DNA from: Argiope bruennichi
Taxonomy: Eukaryota
DNA: 64,000 nt
Reading direction: 5' to 3'
Assembly (NCBI RefSeq): GCF_947563725.1
Contig: NC_079159.1
Span: forward strand, 100,177,559-100,241,558
The notes below the pieces were generated by a model. That model ran no database searches. It saw only the letters and a list, made by a program, of their open reading frames with translations, and was not told where the DNA came from. The position numbers were made by a program, and so were the translations under genes. Below are positions 35,829 to 49,343 of this stretch, piece after piece; position 1 is the first letter of the stretch; each line of letters opens with the position of its first letter.

Positions 35829-38800
35829 ATTTTACGAGTTGATGAAGTTGGGAAAAGGATGTTTGTTTGAAATTTTGTATGGAGAATGTTCCGATTGCTT
35901 ATTTCTCCGTTTTTTTCTTTTGGTTATGTACTGTTTCTGTTATCCACACAGTCTTTATGTTCAATGTGTTAGCGAAGTTATTTGGTTCCCGCTCCCGCTG
36001 CTAGCGAAGCCGTAGGATGTTTTTAAGTTAAAAAATTCTGCCCTTTATTGACGACTTGGCATTGTTGGCGCAGCTAGGTGCACACTAAATTCACTTTTAC
36101 CATAAATTATTTGAAGTATGCCCACTTTTGAGGTTGGATGAATCTAATGCACAAAATGTCCAGATTCAATGTTTAAATTTGAGTGCGTATAATTTTAAGT
36201 ATACTTTTCAAAGATGTCAATTGTATTCAAAGATGTCAAATGCATTTTAATGAATTAGGCTCATTCCAATTGTACTGGTATATAACCGACGATAGTTTTA
36301 TCAGCTAAAATGTCAGCTATATGTATTCTATTTTATAATCAAATTCTTAATTTCCAAGCGGTTATAATATGCATATACTTCTAATTGAATTCTTCTCTAA
36401 AATGATTTAAATAACAAAGAAATATATTCTATGATGTTAGTCATGAAGTGTTTTGCTGCAAAAATGATGAAATCTGAATGTTTTATATAATATTTGCCAG
36501 TGGATTCTAAAACCTTCCGCTCTTTTTCGTGTGTGTCAGAATGGGTTTAATTCGTCAAGAAAGGGGTGAGAGGATAGATGAAAGAAAGTGTTTTCATTTA
36601 ATAAAAAGTAAACTTGGATTTTCAAGGATGAAGCGTAAATATTGCAGATAATTCGCAATACTATCGGAAAAAGATACTAATTCGCTACTATAAAGGAACT
36701 CTATATCGGAAAAAGATACTAATAAAGTATTTTAGAGCATTTTTTATTTACTATAAGGGGCATAACCATTAAATTATGAATAAATGGAAGATTTCATCAT
36801 AAGATTAAATTAAAATTTGGTAACTTACTTTTTTTGGAAGATAATGATTTTTATCTTAAAATGCTTCTTTTTGGACATGTTATTGAACTTTTTGACAATA
36901 TTTTGAGGTAATCGAGATTTTGCTGTATTTAAAACATTTTTATTTCATTTATGGAGTTGCTGTAAATATGGAACGTCTTGAGAAGATTATAAATATTCTT
37001 TTTAAATGGTTTGTTTAAAAATATTATTAATAATGATTTTCTTACTTCAAAATATTATTATTATAAATATATTATATGAAGCAATCAGCGGAATTTGAAC
37101 CAGTGCTTGAATTAGCCACATAAACAATCAATACGCAATTTTGAATTAGAATAAAATAATGTCGTCAGAAACGAAACACGTGAAGGAAATTTGAACGAAA
37201 AAATATTTCATAGGGCGGAAATCAAGATCTAAGCATGACGAAGAATTCATCAAATCCTTCGTGCATTCTCATCCTTCCGCGTCTCACCCCTTAATGAGAT
37301 AGAATCGTGGAAAAGTAGTAGTCTTTTAATTACTTAATTATACAATAGATTATTATATATTTCTATATTAGATTGTCTTTTGTTTACTTAAACGGTCTCT
37401 GTGTGTAAGATCCTTCAATAATTGGAGGATTCTTGATAGAGGCCATTTTTGATTCAGGTAATAATAATTAAATTCAAAGTTTGTAATTCATTTTGTTTTA
37501 GCCGTTGAGGAGTGAAATGTATTTTCAAGTATAATGTAAATATTAAGAATATTTTTCTAAATATGATGGATGTTGGAACAGGAACTAAAAAAAATTTGTC
37601 ACCTTTTTTTCCCCTACCATTACATTGATTGATTCAAACGTCATAAAATTGTCATTCTTTACATCATTTAAATTTTCGATTCAAGTATAAACGCCCTTTG
37701 TATAATTTAATGAGATTGATATATGTCTGTTGAATGGAAAAGTGTATAGTTCGATGGAATTCTTAAATGAATCAAGAATTAAAAGAAATATGAAATTGAT
37801 TTATTTCAAAGTTGAATGAATTTTTATTCATCTTAAATTCTATTTTGTTAAACGAAGACAATCGATCCTTTTAATAATTATAATATGACATTTGAACTTC
37901 CTGACTATATATAAAGTGTAATTTCTATTGTACTTGAGTCAAGAAATTGCACTTCTGAATGATTTAAGTACATAATGTTGGATTTGCATTATGTATAAAT
38001 TCTATGCATGATCGAAAAGATTTGAATTGATTACGCTCAAGGGAGAATTATTATTTTAGAAAGGATGAAATTTTAAAAAATACTCATGAATTAGTCCTTT
38101 TATCTTTTGCATTGAAATAACCTAAATTGTGGATTAAATCGCAAAATATTTGATATTTAAATCTGAAAGTAGCAGTTCATTTTGAAAAATATTATATAGG
38201 GACATAAAATTATTACAGGTGTCATTTTCGCTTTTATATAAATATAATAGGAAATAAAGTTCCAAAATAAAATGTAGCGTATAATTAAAAATTTAAATTC
38301 ATAGATCAGGTGTAATATTCAAACTGGTTTCGATTTCAAAATCAGTTTCTTGTAATATTAATTGTAATTTCTTGTAATTCTAAAAAGACAATCTTGTATG
38401 TAATAAGTAAGTAAATTGTCCGCATGTATCAGGCACAAACATTATACCATGTATCATCGACGCATAGTTAAGTGACCGGATCAAAAGAAGTAGAAAAATT
38501 ATTTATGTATTTTGAAATATCTCAGAAACGGTGAAAAATATGCATTTCGTTATATGTACAATATATATTGTATGCTGACGATATATTGGATGTTATTTCT
38601 TCATATTGAATGGATGGCATTTTAAAGCAAACGCTAATTTTTCCCTTTCTTTTGATTTGAGCACTTTTTAATTGTATACCAATGACATTTAAAAATTTTT
38701 CATTTTCTTTAATAGTATTGTAAATTTTACTACCTAGAATGTCATTCCGTTTTATTTCTTTAAATTATTATTTATGTAAAAATATATGCAATACAATTTC

Positions 38801-39454
38801 TATTATATGAGCGAGAAGTTTTCATTGAAAGACAGCGATTTTTTTTTTTGATTAAGCAATATTCAATTTTTAGCCTCTTTTAAAATCGTTGTTAAATCCC
38901 TGAGTAGGGAGAGAAGCACTCGGAGTTTGCAAAATAGGAAAAGCTGGTCCCGTAGCATCAAATATCGTCAAAAAAATGTATTTGCTTTAAATTTATCTGA
39001 TCAAGCATTTATTTTAGCAATATTCATGCAAAGCGAGACCCCCCCCCCTCCTCGAGGTGCCTGGGAAAGCTAAAACTCCGCCAATTTTATTTTCTAACGT
39101 TTGAGTACAATTCAATTATTCTGAAAATAATTTGATTATAAATTTTTTTTTAAGAACAGGGATATACTAATTTATTAAATATATTGTACATCTTTCATAA
39201 TCTCATTTTAATGAGCAATGCATGGAAACATTTTGATATTTAACAGCACTATATAAAATAGTAGATAAGAAAAGAAAACGGTTCTATTATGATTTCAGTC
39301 GATTGTGATTTATGAAAAGAATCCACTGCTTAATTTCAGAATGTCGAGTATGTTGAACTTAGTGTACTGTTTTGTCTTTGCCCTAGATTTACGTATTTGT
39401 TACGTATAGATCAGCAGTAAAAATTTTAAAATTAAAATCACCAAAAGAATACTT

Positions 39455-39457
<3 letters not shown>

Positions 39458-39489
<32 letters not shown>
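39458..39489. repeat. poly(T) tract, about 32 nt
   Basis: Read directly. Confidence 0.9.
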
Positions 39490-39492
<3 letters not shown>

Positions 39493-40135
39493 CACAGAAT
39501 ATGGTTGCTCTGTTTATACGTATAACTGATTATGATTTAGACCTGTTTAAATTGCTGCATCAAAAAGCAGATGTCATCTTTTTCTTCTTTGGAAAAGAAA
39601 TTAGAATGACATGTATATTTTGAACTCGGAAATTTCCATGTGTGCTTGAACAGATCTCAGCAATTTCAGCCCTTCATTGTTATCTTGCGTTCATTTAGAA
39701 ATCACAGAAGTGGTTTTATTTAGTCTTTAATATGAATATCCAATAAACTTTTGTTCAGCTGTTAGTTGAAGTCTATAGTTTATAAAATAACAATTCATGC
39801 CGGAAAGTCTAATTCGTCTTTCATGCTGAGCAAAAAAAAAAAAAAAAAAAAAAAATATGCATACTTTTAACGTACAAGTAGAAAGTAAGGGAGAAGATTC
39901 TTTATGAATAAACCTTTTGAAATATGACGGAGCTATGCATGAATTATTTTTTTAATTGAGTTGTATTTTAAAAAAAATGTTTAAACAACTTGAGAATGCG
40001 TATGGATTATGCTGCCCAAGTAAAACTCTTCATTTCAGCTTTGTTGGAAAGAACTTTGCGTTCGTCAGCGAAAGCATACAAGTAACACGCCGAGTCTATT
40101 CTATTTTATCAGTTTATACTTCCTTGTTAGCGAAG

Positions 40136-40645
40136 TTGTAGATGTAATCGTCAAAAAATTCGATCTCGAGATTTTGACGAATCTTTACCTTTAATATGTC
40201 TCGGATGTCTTTTGGTCTATGACAAAGACGGTTTAAACGCTTCGAGCTATACGGATGAAATTTGATATTTGAACTTTACACCATTTATGAAGATTTCTAT
40301 CAAGTTTAGAGAAAAATCTATTCAGAGGAAATCTGTCTATCCGGTTATTCGAATATACTTTAACGATATTTACATAATGAAGAGAGCTCGATGGATAAAA
40401 TTCGATGGTGTAGCCGCTTATCAAATTTTGAAGCGAATTTAACAAGAGGTTGATCATCTATCTATAATTTCGGAAATATATAAAGGCAATAACTCAGCAC
40501 CATTGAATGAAATTTGGTATGTAATTTTGTGACTTCCATTGCAGTTTGGCAAATTTTGCTTTCCGTCGGTTGGATGTAAAGCATAAATTCACTTTTATTA
40601 GAGAGTACACGAGAAAGGTTTTGGGAGACCATTCCAATTAGTTCA
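40136..40645 (+). repeat. Dispersed repeat family, copy 4 (internally shorter)
   Basis: It runs from ...AATTCGATCTCGAGATTTTGACGAATCTTTACC...ACGCTTCGAGCTATACGGATGAAATTTGA...TAGATTTCTATCAAGTTTAGAG to ...TTATTAGAGAGTACACGAGAAAGGTTTTGGGAGACCATTCC. Confidence 0.6.
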
Positions 40646-42738
40646 GTCTAGTTGCGTGCTTTTATCTGCAAATGAAATCCAAACGAAGCGGCACACTCCA
40701 ACTTTGCATTTTCTCGAATTGCGGCTACATTCTTTCATTTTTGAGGGGAAAATGCGGTTAATCTATCGGTTAGAGATTCATTTGTATTTAACAACTGGAT
40801 AGACTGCTTTCATGTTGCGAGCACTCACATTCATATGTAGTCTATGTATATCTGATAAATAAAAATTGGTGTTTGAAATTAGATTCAAGTATAAGAAGAG
40901 CATAATAATAATATTTTGCATACTCAAAATATTTTTAGAAATAAGTTAAATGATCAAGTTTCCCTGATTCCATTCTAAAAATTCTAGAACTGTGGTATTA
41001 TTGGACATAGTCCAAAATATATGAAAATATAGGCAATTTCGACAAATATTTAATTTTTTTTAAATTTCATTAAAGCAAGATGCAATGTAACAAATAATTT
41101 GCTTTTGCTTTTCACATTTTTTCTTGTGGCCTTCGCTCTATTCTAGCACAAAGATATATTATGCAACATTTTTCTGAAAATGATCGCTTCTTCATGAAAT
41201 AAATATATTAGCAATGTTATTTTATATTTTTTATATTTGGTTATTACTTCTGAAATTTAAATACCCCCCTCCCCCCTCAAAAAAATCCATTTATACAAAT
41301 TTATGATGCCTAATCTATCCGAATTATAAAATTTTGAATATCACTAATTTTGGACAATCAGCAATTTAAAAATTTTAGACCAATCCGTCTTGTAGAAATT
41401 CCGGACACCGATTGTCTTATTTCTTTGATACGATCAATGATGCGTTCTAAAATCGTGCGTTTCTTATAAATTGTAATGTTTGAATTTTCATAACTCAGTC
41501 AAGGTTAGTCCCAATTGTGTGGACTTATCTTTTCATTTAAAAGATTAGTGTCCGAAGAATATTTTACTAAATATGACTGATAGCACCGACAATATATATA
41601 TATAATATATATAAACTGAATTTTTCTGACCCTTTATTGATTTAACTGCATAAAATGGTATGTTTTACATCATTTATACTGTTTCCTATTGTATATACAA
41701 GGTGGTTATAATTAAAGTTCCTCTTTGAAATGGTCATAAAAGGAAAACTACTGTACCGAATGTTATCAAATTTGATAATAGTTTAAAGGAAGCCAGAGGA
41801 ATTTTTTGCAGAAAAATAAACAAACTTGCCATCAGGGGGGAAATGGCGCTGTATGCAGAGATGCGATACATCGACCGTAACATTCCTCCTAAAATGTTAA
41901 GAGCTGCTATTAAAAATGCAGTATTACGACTTAACGTGCTTTCAGAAAATGATTGACGTCACATTCAACATGCTTTGTAAAACGTTTCAGAAATTATAAA
42001 ATACATTTCAAACCGATGTCTTCATATCCTATTTTGTTGAACGATAGTGAATACACCACCATTTCCTCCCCTGGTGGAGAGTTATTGAACTTTTTTTTGG
42101 GCGGAAAAGAAATTTCCATGACCTTCTTTTTAAACTATTACCAAGTTTGATAACATTTGGTCCAGTAGTTTCTCTTTTATGGCCACTTCAAAATGTAACT
42201 TTAATTATAACCGCTCTGTATATGCTTCTTACTAACAGTTTAGAATTTAGCTATTGGGGGTCTCAATTAGATTGGGCAACATGCGCATGTGTGTGTGATA
42301 TGCACACATAATATAAACTATGTTTGCCTTGTATACTATATATTACTAAACTAATAGTTTACAGAAGATTTGTCTTGCATTTTCTCGAATACATGTTTCA
42401 AGTTTATTTTATTTCTTACAAACTCGTGCTGAAACTTATTTTTCTCGGTTTAGTTTGTGGCAAGAGTTAATATTTTAATTTTCTGCTTTTGTCAATGTGA
42501 TGGCAACACGTTTATAAAAACTAATTCTTCCTATGCATGCTTAACGTGCAGCTTATTTTTATGTAATGCGAAATAAATTGTTGAAAAATATGCTTAAAAT
42601 ATTTGTTAAGAATTGCTAAAAAATAAGGTTAATTTTTAGGTTGAAAATACATTAAAAATAATTTTATGTATTTTTTTTGCACATTTCCACCCTCCAGGTT
42701 TTTTTTTTTTTGCCAGAATGGTTTAGCCTATAGAACGT

Positions 42739-42844
<106 letters not shown>

Positions 42845-45800
42845 TTATTATAAGTACAATTAATACCTGTTTAATCCTCAAAGGCAAATCCAATATCTCC
42901 GCTCTGTTTTCTCGCAGAAAGTGGAAGAAAAGGTAGATATTTTTGTCGATTATTATACTTTATTCACAAAAGTTTAAAAAAAAATTATAAGTTCTTTAAT
43001 CAAAATAGCAAATTTATTGTTTTGGGAGCTTTTCCTTGAAAATTTGAAGCATCGTTTTTATGCGAAACGTAAAGAACTTGAATAAGAATATTAAATTTTG
43101 CGATATCAGTAATGTCGGGCAGCTCGCATTTCAAGAAGTTTTCTGCTGTCATCTTTTTCAATCTTATATTCTGGTGTCTTTTGTAAAACGGCAACCTACA
43201 CTGTTGCTTCTAAATATGAAATTGTATATATATATATATATATTGCGTAAAATTTGATACAGCGAAATCCATTTGGAGTAGATATAAATGTGTACAAACG
43301 GCTCGTGATCGTCCGAGTTTCATGCATGATTTTTGATTTTTTCATATTTAATGTTATTTTGTATTCAGAACTTTTATTTGCTGTCTTTGTTTCATGTAAA
43401 TTATGCATAAGAATTCGCATTTAAAAATATTTACCCAAAATCAAATGCATTTGTACTGATATAATTCGTCATTTCAGGCATGGAAAATTTCAAGTTGGCC
43501 CATTTTCCGTTCGCTCATCATCGCACAGTTACAAGTTCATCTCTTCGCAAATGTAAGTGTTATTCCAGTTTTATTTTTTGCAAAGAAAATTTTTCTTGAA
43601 GAATTTGGTCAAATGCAATTTCTGTTTTCTTAACGAAACGCAATTTTTCAAATATATTTGGTTATTTAATAAAACAATGTTGTCCGCTATGGTTCAGCAA
43701 GAAGAGAATTGTTTTAAAGCAGGGTACTGAAATAATTAATTTATCAAGAGGAAGTTTAGGCTATTGGCTTTTTTTCCGGTAGGTTTTTTATGCGAGACCA
43801 GAAGTAATTAATATTAAGTTTCGATAGTTTATTGGTTGGATAAATTTTTTTGGATGGAAGGGTAGCAGCTTCTTGATCCGAAATTCGTTATTGTTTTGAA
43901 ATATCACTTTTCTGTGTGGCCTCGTTAGTCAAATCTAGTCATCAATTAAATTGTTCTGTGAATATACCATGCACAGTTTTGAACTGACTTGTTAACATGG
44001 AGTATAACAATTTCCATTGACTACTTTTCATAATGATGCGCTCTCTCAGCTATAATCCTTTGAATTTGAATCATAATTCGGAATGCAGTAAATAAGCCAG
44101 TGTTTCCTTCGTACAGACAATATAAAACAGTCTTTTCAGTTTTCTTCATAAGAGTCTGCATCTTCCAAACGTAGACGAAAGTTAGGGAGGGCGGCTGCGG
44201 GACTTCGAAGATCATGGCAAAGCCAGTAAGCAGGAATGAAAACGACATCCGTATGTAACGACAAAATATACCACATTTTGTATTTCGTAGTGAAATTTGC
44301 AAAACGAATATGAATCATGGTTGTTTTCTTTTCGTTCAATTGCATGAATCTTTTTTTGGTAAATAATTTTATTATCTTTTTAAAAATTATTCTATGGATC
44401 ACGTCACGAGATGGATTTATATTTGATATATTTCGTTTAAAATTTAGTAAATCTACAAATTTGTTTGGCCATGTACCAAAGTTTAGCCATTTTGTTCAAT
44501 GCGTTTTCGAATTAGCGTGCACAGGTTGAAAAGTAATTCTAAAAATGTATTTTTTGAACTCTGAGACAAGAATTTCGATGTCGAATTTTTTGACAAAATA
44601 TTTTTACTGAATATGCTACATAAATGTATTTATTATAAAGAAGAAGAAAAATGCGAATTCGTTAATTTGAAAAAGTTCGTCAAATCTCACCGACGATGAA
44701 GCTGCCACAGCAAATGTGCCTGTAACTTTGCTTTGCAAAGCGCGAACGCGTTTCCATAAATTTGAATAGGTTTTTAAAGATCGAAAGGCAGCGGATTAAA
44801 AATTTTGAATCTATGACTATTCGGCGCGAAATTCTCTGGATCACTAGTTGACGCCAAATCGGTAAAAGGCCGCCAAAACCAGTTGTGACTTAGAAAAGAG
44901 GGGGGGTGGATCATTATTTTGGGATGCAATGAGTAAGAAATTTGATATTTTGATGGGATTAGTGAAGCTGCTTGTAGATTAGCTACACAGACATAAAGCA
45001 GTGGAAATCTGTGTACATTTTTTTCACACTTTCAAATTTAAACGAACGATTTGTCTGAAAAGAAAGGAATTTATATATCGTATACTGTAAATTCTTTTAA
45101 TTTTTTTTAAAGTTAATTTCCAGGTAGGAACTATCAGTATATTTTGAATATAAAGACGAATTGATTATTATATCTCAAATGATGCAATCCGTTTATAGTC
45201 AGGAAAGTGTAAGCACACACTTTCATTTTTTTTATCCGATATGTGTGGAAATTTTAATTGCTTTTTCATATGTTTTAATATTTGTTTTTAGCGTGACATA
45301 TTCAGTTTTTATAATTTTAAAATTAGTTATTTATACGGTGGGGATGACAAAAGTCTATTTTCTCACAATTCCAAATGACAATGTCTGTTGTATTTAGCTT
45401 TCTAGTATCTTCGCGAACCGTGGTATTAATTTAATAAATAAAAATAGAATCTTTTGTATATGTTTTGTTTAATACTTATCAATATGTTTAGTTCAGAAAA
45501 TTTTGAATTCTGATAGAATAACATTTTTGAAGGGAAACCTAAATGCAGTAGAACATCTAGAATTTGTCTGATATGATTTTAATATTAGTTGGATTTTTTT
45601 TGTAAACAAACCATTTAAGAAATTTCAGAATTAAAATTCATAAAAATTGTATTTTATTGATGTATGTTGAAGGTGGTAAGTATTGATAATATGCTCCTGA
45701 CCCAAATTACCTGAAATATTTGTTGTAAGGTAAGTACTTTGAATTGCTTCATTAGATATGTGTATGTAATGCATTTTTATGACCCTTTGCTTTCCTATGG

Positions 45801-46724
45801 TCACTGTGATGATGGGGTATAACACACTACACTGATTTTCTTATTTAAATGATTGATTGAAATATCGCTTGCTAAAACTAAATTTAATTTATTAAAATAT
45901 TATTTTTTATTCTTATGTTTCGGAGTTCCCGAATTATCTTTTTCTTGTTTTGCAATCAAATGAGAAACATCTACATTGAATTTGCTTACTCTTCATCGAA
46001 AAGGGCTTATAACTTATATTCGCTTTTTTCTGTCATGGTATATATGCTGGGTATTCAGTATAATTTTAGGCCGTGAGCTGAATTTCCATTTAGATTCGAA
46101 CAGTGAATTAAGATATGGCATTTTTATAAAGTTACATTTAGGACTATTCGTTTTTCCTTCCCTTTTCATCTGCTTTAAATCCTATTTCGAGTTTTTGCCT
46201 CGTTTCATTCAAAAACACTCATAAACTTGATAATAGCTTGATAAATTTGTTTAAATGTTGAGCGATTTCTAAAAAAGGACCATTTTTCTTTGTTTGAGCC
46301 CTCGAATTCTGGAAAACATTTCAGCTATTCGCGAGTTATAGCTTCCATTGCAAGAGTTTTTCCAGTACTTGATCTTAAAAATAATTTGAGACTTAAAAAT
46401 TTAAATTTAAATATTCTGTTACGTGTAAAGAGAAGATAGAAATAACATCATATTAATGCAATCGGGTTATCCATGGCTGTAATTGAGATTCCAGATAAAG
46501 GCTGTTAAAGAAAATCCAAAATGAATTTGTTAAAAAAAACAGATCAATAATAATGAATTGGTTCGATCTTAAAAAAATCTTACGTTTTCTTCTCTTTGTT
46601 TCCTTTTCCTTGATCTACATAAGATGATCAGAAATCTCGTTAGGTAAAAAGAGGATTTACTGACACTACTTCCTTTAAAAATTATTTTATAGTTTCTTAA
46701 TATGTATTATTTTATTTATAATAT

Positions 46725-47335
46725 TGTTACGAATCTGTGATGCGACTTCCCAGCATAGTGGGTTCCATAGGAGCTCCCGGAGCTTTGCGACGTAGCGCCA
46801 AAATAGATTATACCCGAAACATCGAGAATTTTCCCGATCCGTCCAGTAGGAACCGAGTTACGCCTCGAACGTTCCTGATTGGTTGAGAGGTTTCTAGCCC
46901 CGCCTCCTGAGACCTATAAAAGGAGCTGCAGCTGCCGGGGAGTGGTGGTGAATTGAGTAGTCGGAAGCGACAGAGAAGAGGATCGTCGGTGAATTGAGTC
47001 GTAGACCGGAGGAGTCGTCGTCGTCGGAACCGACGGTAAAGAACTGGCCTTCCAGAGCAAGCGGAGCAGCGACGGAGTAAAGCTAGTGATGAACTAAGCT
47101 GTGTGCTACTGTCTGCAGTAGAGTCTGTTGTATGCTGCTGTGTATGCTGTTGTATGCTGCACGTCTCGGCTGAAGATAATCGTCTTCTGTGCTGTATGTA
47201 GTTGTCGTCTTTGTACTGTCCTGTGTGTCTTCGTGTAAATAAACGTCGTGGTTTTATTTTCTACTGCCGCCTGGTGATTGAGCGTTCTTCACACCATATA
47301 ACCCCCACTATCCAAACGAAAATTTCGTAACTATA
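46725..47335 (+). mobile_element. Putative solo LTR of an LTR retrotransposon (U3-R-U5 organisation)
   Basis: A roughly 600-bp GC-richer island sits in AT-rich DNA and begins TGTTACGAATCTGTGATGCG.... It carries a CCAAT box (GATTGG, 46877-46883), a TATA box TATAAAAG (46915-46922), and an AATAAA polyadenylation signal (47238-47243) followed by a GT/T-rich tract (GTCGTGGTTTTATTTTC). It ends ...TTTCGTAAC, partly inverse to the 5-prime TGTTACGAA. There is no PBS and no internal gag/pol, so it is most likely solo. The boundaries are uncertain by about 10 bp. Confidence 0.45.
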
Positions 47336-47587
47336 TAAAGGAAATCCTGGGCAAATCGACTTATTAATCATGAATATCAAGGCAAATCATGAAGATTTAC
47401 GCAATGAAATAATGAATAAAGAGAACAAATTTTTGAGCTGTCGTGCCACATCCAACGCTTTTATACTCTACAGTGTGAAATTTTTTTTAAAAAAATCATA
47501 AACACTTTGTTTCTCTGAAAATAATTTTTTAAAATTCTATATTTCTTTAATTTTTTGAAATATTTTGGCATAAACTGCATTAAGTAA

Positions 47588-47998
47588 TGTCCGCGATAGC
47601 CTGGTTGGTAGAGCGTTGGATTCGCGTCCCTTTGGTTGCGAGTTCGAACCCCATCGGCCGAAGATTCCCCGCGTGCTTGGTGGCTGACGCGCGTATAAAT
47701 CTGTCGTGGTCACAAAGTCTTTTCGAGTCTTCCATGTCGAGAGTAATACCACTGTGGGTACTGGATCAAGCGTGATGGTTCTCTTGATTCAGGTCTAAAT
47801 TACGATCTGTGGATGAGTGAATGAAATGCGAGAATGAAGTCCGCCCCGTAAAAAAGGGTTGTGACGTGTGTGTAGTTAAGCCGTACTCTTGGCCCTTCTG
47901 GGCACTACGATAAAAACAAGAGGCCCTTAGGCTTAAATCGGCTGTCTTCGAACAGCGGACTTGTCCGTGGCAAGTGCCATAAGTGACAACAACACAAT
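47588..47998 (+). mobile_element. tRNA-derived SINE of a related but distinct family
   Basis: The tRNA-like head is GTCCGCGATAGCCTGGTTGGTAGAGCGTTGGATTCGCGTCCCTTTGGTTGCGAGTTCGAACCCCATCGGCCGAAG. It has a D-arm-like TAGCCTGGTTGGTAGAGCG and a T-arm-like GAGTTCGAACC, but the T-stem does not pair, so it is not a functional tRNA. It shares GCCTGGT.GGTA and ...CCGAAG with the 4881 and 20381 SINE heads. A unique roughly 330-bp body follows, ending in a (CAA)n-like ACAACAACACAA. Confidence 0.5.
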
Positions 47999-49272
47999 GT
48001 ACTTTTTCTTTTTAGAAAATTTTATGAATATTCGTCTTAATACAGTTTACTAGAGTTCTTTTATCAATGAATGTTCATGATTTAGAATAAGTTATTTTTT
48101 ATAATTACCACAGGCATTCTTCTGCGATTATAAAATATTCACTTTTTACAAATAAACTTTCTTTAATTAGTTTTAACGATTCGAATTGCTTTAGTGAACA
48201 AGAAATGTTGTGGAAACGGCGAAAAAAAATACTCTTTATTTACATAATCTTTTTAGAGGAGACGACATACAAATTTAGTGACCCAACAAATAAAGATGAA
48301 ATTTTGGGAAGAAAAATGAATAATTATGATTTATTTAGTTTGCGTTATCAGAATGTGTGCAATTTAATTTTAGTGAGTTTGAATGGCATCGCACGAGTTT
48401 CAAACGATTCTTTGCTGTTAAAGAATATTTTTATGTAATTGACTCTATTTACATTCTCTGAGAAAATAAACATTCTTACGTACGGGGCTGAGAATTGTAA
48501 CGGAAGACTGACGTTTGTACCATGAACATCTCCCCAACAGGGCAGTACCGGATCACAGAATTTTTCTGCATTTACAACACCAGCTTTGTCAGAGGGACTC
48601 ATTTCATGTCAAGAAACCGAATACTGGCCGCTAAGTCCTTAGCATTTCTTGTTTTTTCCGCCTAAACTTTTCATTCCTAATCCCCCATATTGATGTACAG
48701 AAAATGCTTCTACTCTTATCTCTTTTACTACTCTTTTATCTACTCTTAAAAGTTTAGCTCTTGAATACAAGGATACCCTGTATTTGTTGAAATATAGTAA
48801 TCCCTTATCTAGCAGTTTAGTAACTCAGAATAAATTCTTGGAAGGCAATAAAAATCTCCCCTAATTAGCTAAGGGGAAAAAAGAGAAGAAGTAAATGACT
48901 TAATGATACGTCCGTTATACCAAGGATAAAATTTGGTCATACAATTTCGTTAAGAAAAAACAGTGTAACCCATAAAAAGTATGGTAATCCCTAAAATATT
49001 TATCGCTTAAATGAAAGAATAATTAGCTATCGCATCAAAACGATTCAGTCTAGGAGTTTGTTTCATAATTAAAGGCTGAAGCCAGTTTATATAAGTGATA
49101 TCGTGTATGGTTAGCTATGGTGAAAAAGTAACAATAGTGGAAAAATCGGTACAATCATCGGTCAACGCTAGGAAAGTGTACCATCACCGTAAAACTCAAA
49201 ATATGAGGTAATATGGCAAGAAGTAAATGCTATATCGGAAATAAAAACAATTGCGCAATAAAGAGTTAAAAA

Positions 49273-49279
49273 AATATGT

Positions 49280-49340
<61 letters not shown>
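49273..49340. repeat. (CA)n microsatellite, about 33 units
   Basis: Read directly. Confidence 0.95.

Positions 49341-49343
<3 letters not shown>

Noticed and set aside
36540-37300. A possible MITE bounded by AAGGGGTGAGAGG ... CTCACCCCTT inverted motifs.
   Set aside because: The inverted match is only about 11 bp plus a short second block, and no TSD is identifiable. This is too weak without genome-wide copies.
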